A DNA stretch of 63,169 bases, the filler included, from Octopus bimaculoides (Eukaryota): the NCBI RefSeq assembly GCF_001194135.2. It is 7 parts of 6 records of this genome, joined end to end, with 100 filler letters (N's around TTAATTAATTAA, not from the genome) between each part and the next. Parts side by side here need not be neighbours in the genome. Positions count along the whole stretch, not along the records: positions 59,923 to 63,169 come from NC_068983.1; 6 more parts are not named here. The stretch is one strand, 5' to 3'. The notes beneath the pieces were generated by a model that was given only the letters and a program-made list of their open reading frames with translations, had not been told where the DNA came from and searched no databases. A program made the translations under genes and the position numbers. Below are positions 61,060 through 63,169 of the stretch, in pieces (the first letter of the stretch is position 1; every line of letters starts with the position of its first letter).

Positions 61060-61870
61060 TATGTAAAGAAAGATGAAGCAAAATGCCTTCGTTTCACATA
61101 GTTTAATATTTTTTTAATAAAAATATATACATATTATATGGGTGTTGTAAAATCCAGCCGGTTTTCGCTATTTAAATTAGCTTTTCAAGGGGATTGTATA
61201 GTGATTAATTCACATGATGAGGAAGTTTCGCCATCTTGGCTGTTTGAAAAATAAGAAAGGGTTTAGAGAGTGAACCAAGGGAAGTAATGGGTGTCAAGGG
61301 GGATAAATGATTCCTTAGGATAGTTTTTAAGGTTGTCAGATTTGAATATTGAGATGTGGTTTATATTTTTGAATGAATAAGTTCTCTTTATTTAGTCATT
61401 CTTGCACTGAAATTTAATCTTTGCACTAGTACAGGGGGAAGATAAGGAAATTCTGCGTTCTATCACCTGCGCATCTGTCAATATGTCCGCTCAGTGCAAT
61501 TTGCAAATACTGGGAGAAGCGAATCTGTTCCTTATGCACCGTGACTCTGCGTCTCAAAAAAAGGCTCGTTTAGCCTACATAGTTATGACCACAACCTGAG
61601 CAGGTTAGGACATAGATAAGGTTGTGGGAGGCACATGTGAAGTTAGTTTTGATTGAGAATGTTTGTCCTTGCTGGAATGTGAATTCCGAGCCTTCACTTA
61701 GGTGTGAGCATGTACCACAATTGAGTCGTCTGCATTTTTTAACTGTTGGTTTTGTATGTATTGAGTATAGTTTTACATTTGTAAGGAGTCTCTTGAGTGA
61801 TTTGTCTTGTCTTTTACATTTTAGTAATTTGTGTTTATTTAGGATGCTGTTCATTTCCTCCACCACTACT
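61060..61870 (-). mobile_element. Penelope-like element 3' part: GIY-YIG remnant and 3' UTR with two hammerhead remnants
   Basis: VKKCRRLNCGTC..FTCASHNLIYVLTCSGCGHNYVG*TS..RRRVTVHKEQIR..LFIQKYKPHLN. Confidence 0.88.
61151..61198 (-). ncRNA. Hammerhead-like motif, U3-A8 core variant
   Basis: AAUCCCC-UUGAAAA-GCUA-auuuaaa-UAGC-GAAA-ACCGG-CU-GGAUU: perfect 4-bp stem II; cleavage triplet degenerate. Confidence 0.55.
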
Positions 61871-62154
61871 TGTTACTGTATTCATCACTACGATATTTAG
61901 CGGTTCGGCAAAAGCGACTGATAGAATAAGGAAGGATCAGATAGAATAAACACTGGAGGGGATTCGTTCGACAAAATCATTAAAGGTGATGTTCCAGCAT
62001 GGCTGCAATTCAGTGACTAAAACGAGTAAAACAATAAAAGATTATTTCTTTATGTATCTGGTATATATTCTCTTCTCTAGTTCATGAATGTAAACATATT
62101 TATCACTCTCTCTCTCTCTTTCTCTCTCACCCTCTCTCTCTCTCTCTCTTCATA

Positions 62155-62198
<44 letters not shown>

Positions 62199-62209
62199 NN
62201 NNNNNNNNA

Positions 62210-62800
62210 TTACTCGATTATCAACTCGCACACGGTTAGGATTAGCTTTTCTAATACAAAAAAGTTTTCATAAGTCATCTCTTCACATAATATTAGTCTG
62301 TTAAATAAAAATCCAATTACTGAAAATAATAACATTAATTTAGCTAATACTAACCATCCCCCTAGAAATATTAACAGCAAGATCATTGTCTCTGAAGTCA
62401 ATTCCAACAGAATTAAGTTTATGTCTAATAATTGTAAGACTAAAAACTCTATATACCAATGTAAAATTACTTCCGGTACCGATGTCTTTTTTATATAGGT
62501 AGTTTTTCTCAGTTATCTAAAAGAATTTCTAATTATTACTCTACATTTAGGGATAGTAATAAATGCAACAGTAGTCAATTAATTAGGTATCTAAAAGATC
62601 ATAATAAACAATTTAATTTAGATTGGTTGATTCTCTCAATTTCATTCCCATACGATAATGGCAAAGAATTCGGCCAACTCTGTAATAGTGAATTACTGTA
62701 TATTCTATTTTCTAAGAATCCCCTTGTAAACACGTTTATAAAGAGTGCTTAGCGATGTAAACATTGGCAGAAACATACCTTTAGTTCATATAAGTGATAT
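62210..62800 (+). mobile_element. Penelope-like GIY-YIG remnant, different subfamily
   Basis: CKTKNSIYQCKI..FYIGS, frameshift, then KRISNYYSTF..NSSQL..LDWLIL..QLCNSEL. Confidence 0.7.
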
Positions 62801-62999
62801 CTACCATTCTATAGAATTTGAACATTGATTTTCGTCTTACATTTTACTTCCACTAGATATATCTATTTCCAAGCCTTTAAGCTTTTATTTTAATTCACAT
62901 ATCGCTCTATATTTCCCCTTTATTAGTTTTCTGCTTATTACTTTCCTTTACCCCTTCTCTTTCTATAGGCTATCATGTATGTATGTATGTATGTATGTG

Positions 63000-63169
63000 C
63001 TTAAGCGTGATTGGGTGGTAATAAGTTTGCTTCTCAACCACATGGATCCGTGTTTCAGTCTCACTGCGTACCACCTTCAGCAAATGTCTACTTCTATAGC
63101 TCTGGGCCAACCAAAGTCTTGTGAGTGAATTTGATATACGGACCCTGAAAGAAGTCCTTAGTATATATA
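63000..63169 (+). mobile_element. SINE family A, 5' part
   Basis: ccacatggatccgtgtttcagtc...gtgagtgaatttg. Confidence 0.75.

Overview
AT-rich, microsatellite-dense eukaryotic DNA with many N gaps. The SINE families, repeat style and gap tags point to a coleoid cephalopod, most likely an Octopus draft assembly (inference). No intact protein-coding gene, rRNA, intact tRNA or CRISPR array can be supported, and most ORFs in the track are microsatellite or N-run artefacts. The window is mostly decayed mobile DNA: a near full-length Tx1-type L1-clade LINE (35.6-40.3 kb), an internally deleted Gypsy LTR element (46.0-47.7 kb) plus a second LTR/PBS copy, two mariners, a maT (DD37D) fragment, a Helitron remnant with an OTU protease domain, at least five Penelope-like (PLE) fragments, RTE and RLE LINE ends, several MITEs and about 30 tRNA-derived SINE copies. 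The most interesting signals are: (1) scattered minimal type-I hammerhead ribozyme motifs tied to PLE remnants, including two with a U3-A8 core covariation and several with an extra A after A9; (2) a CpG-depleted block at 20.2-30.3 kb ending at an ETS-motif, CpG-rich promoter-like island near 31.3 kb, suggesting a hidden methylated gene body; (3) several young inverted-repeat structures; (4) a tRNA-like retroposon with a 17-bp target-site duplication (TSD). All calls come from manual reading; no searches or folding programs were run.
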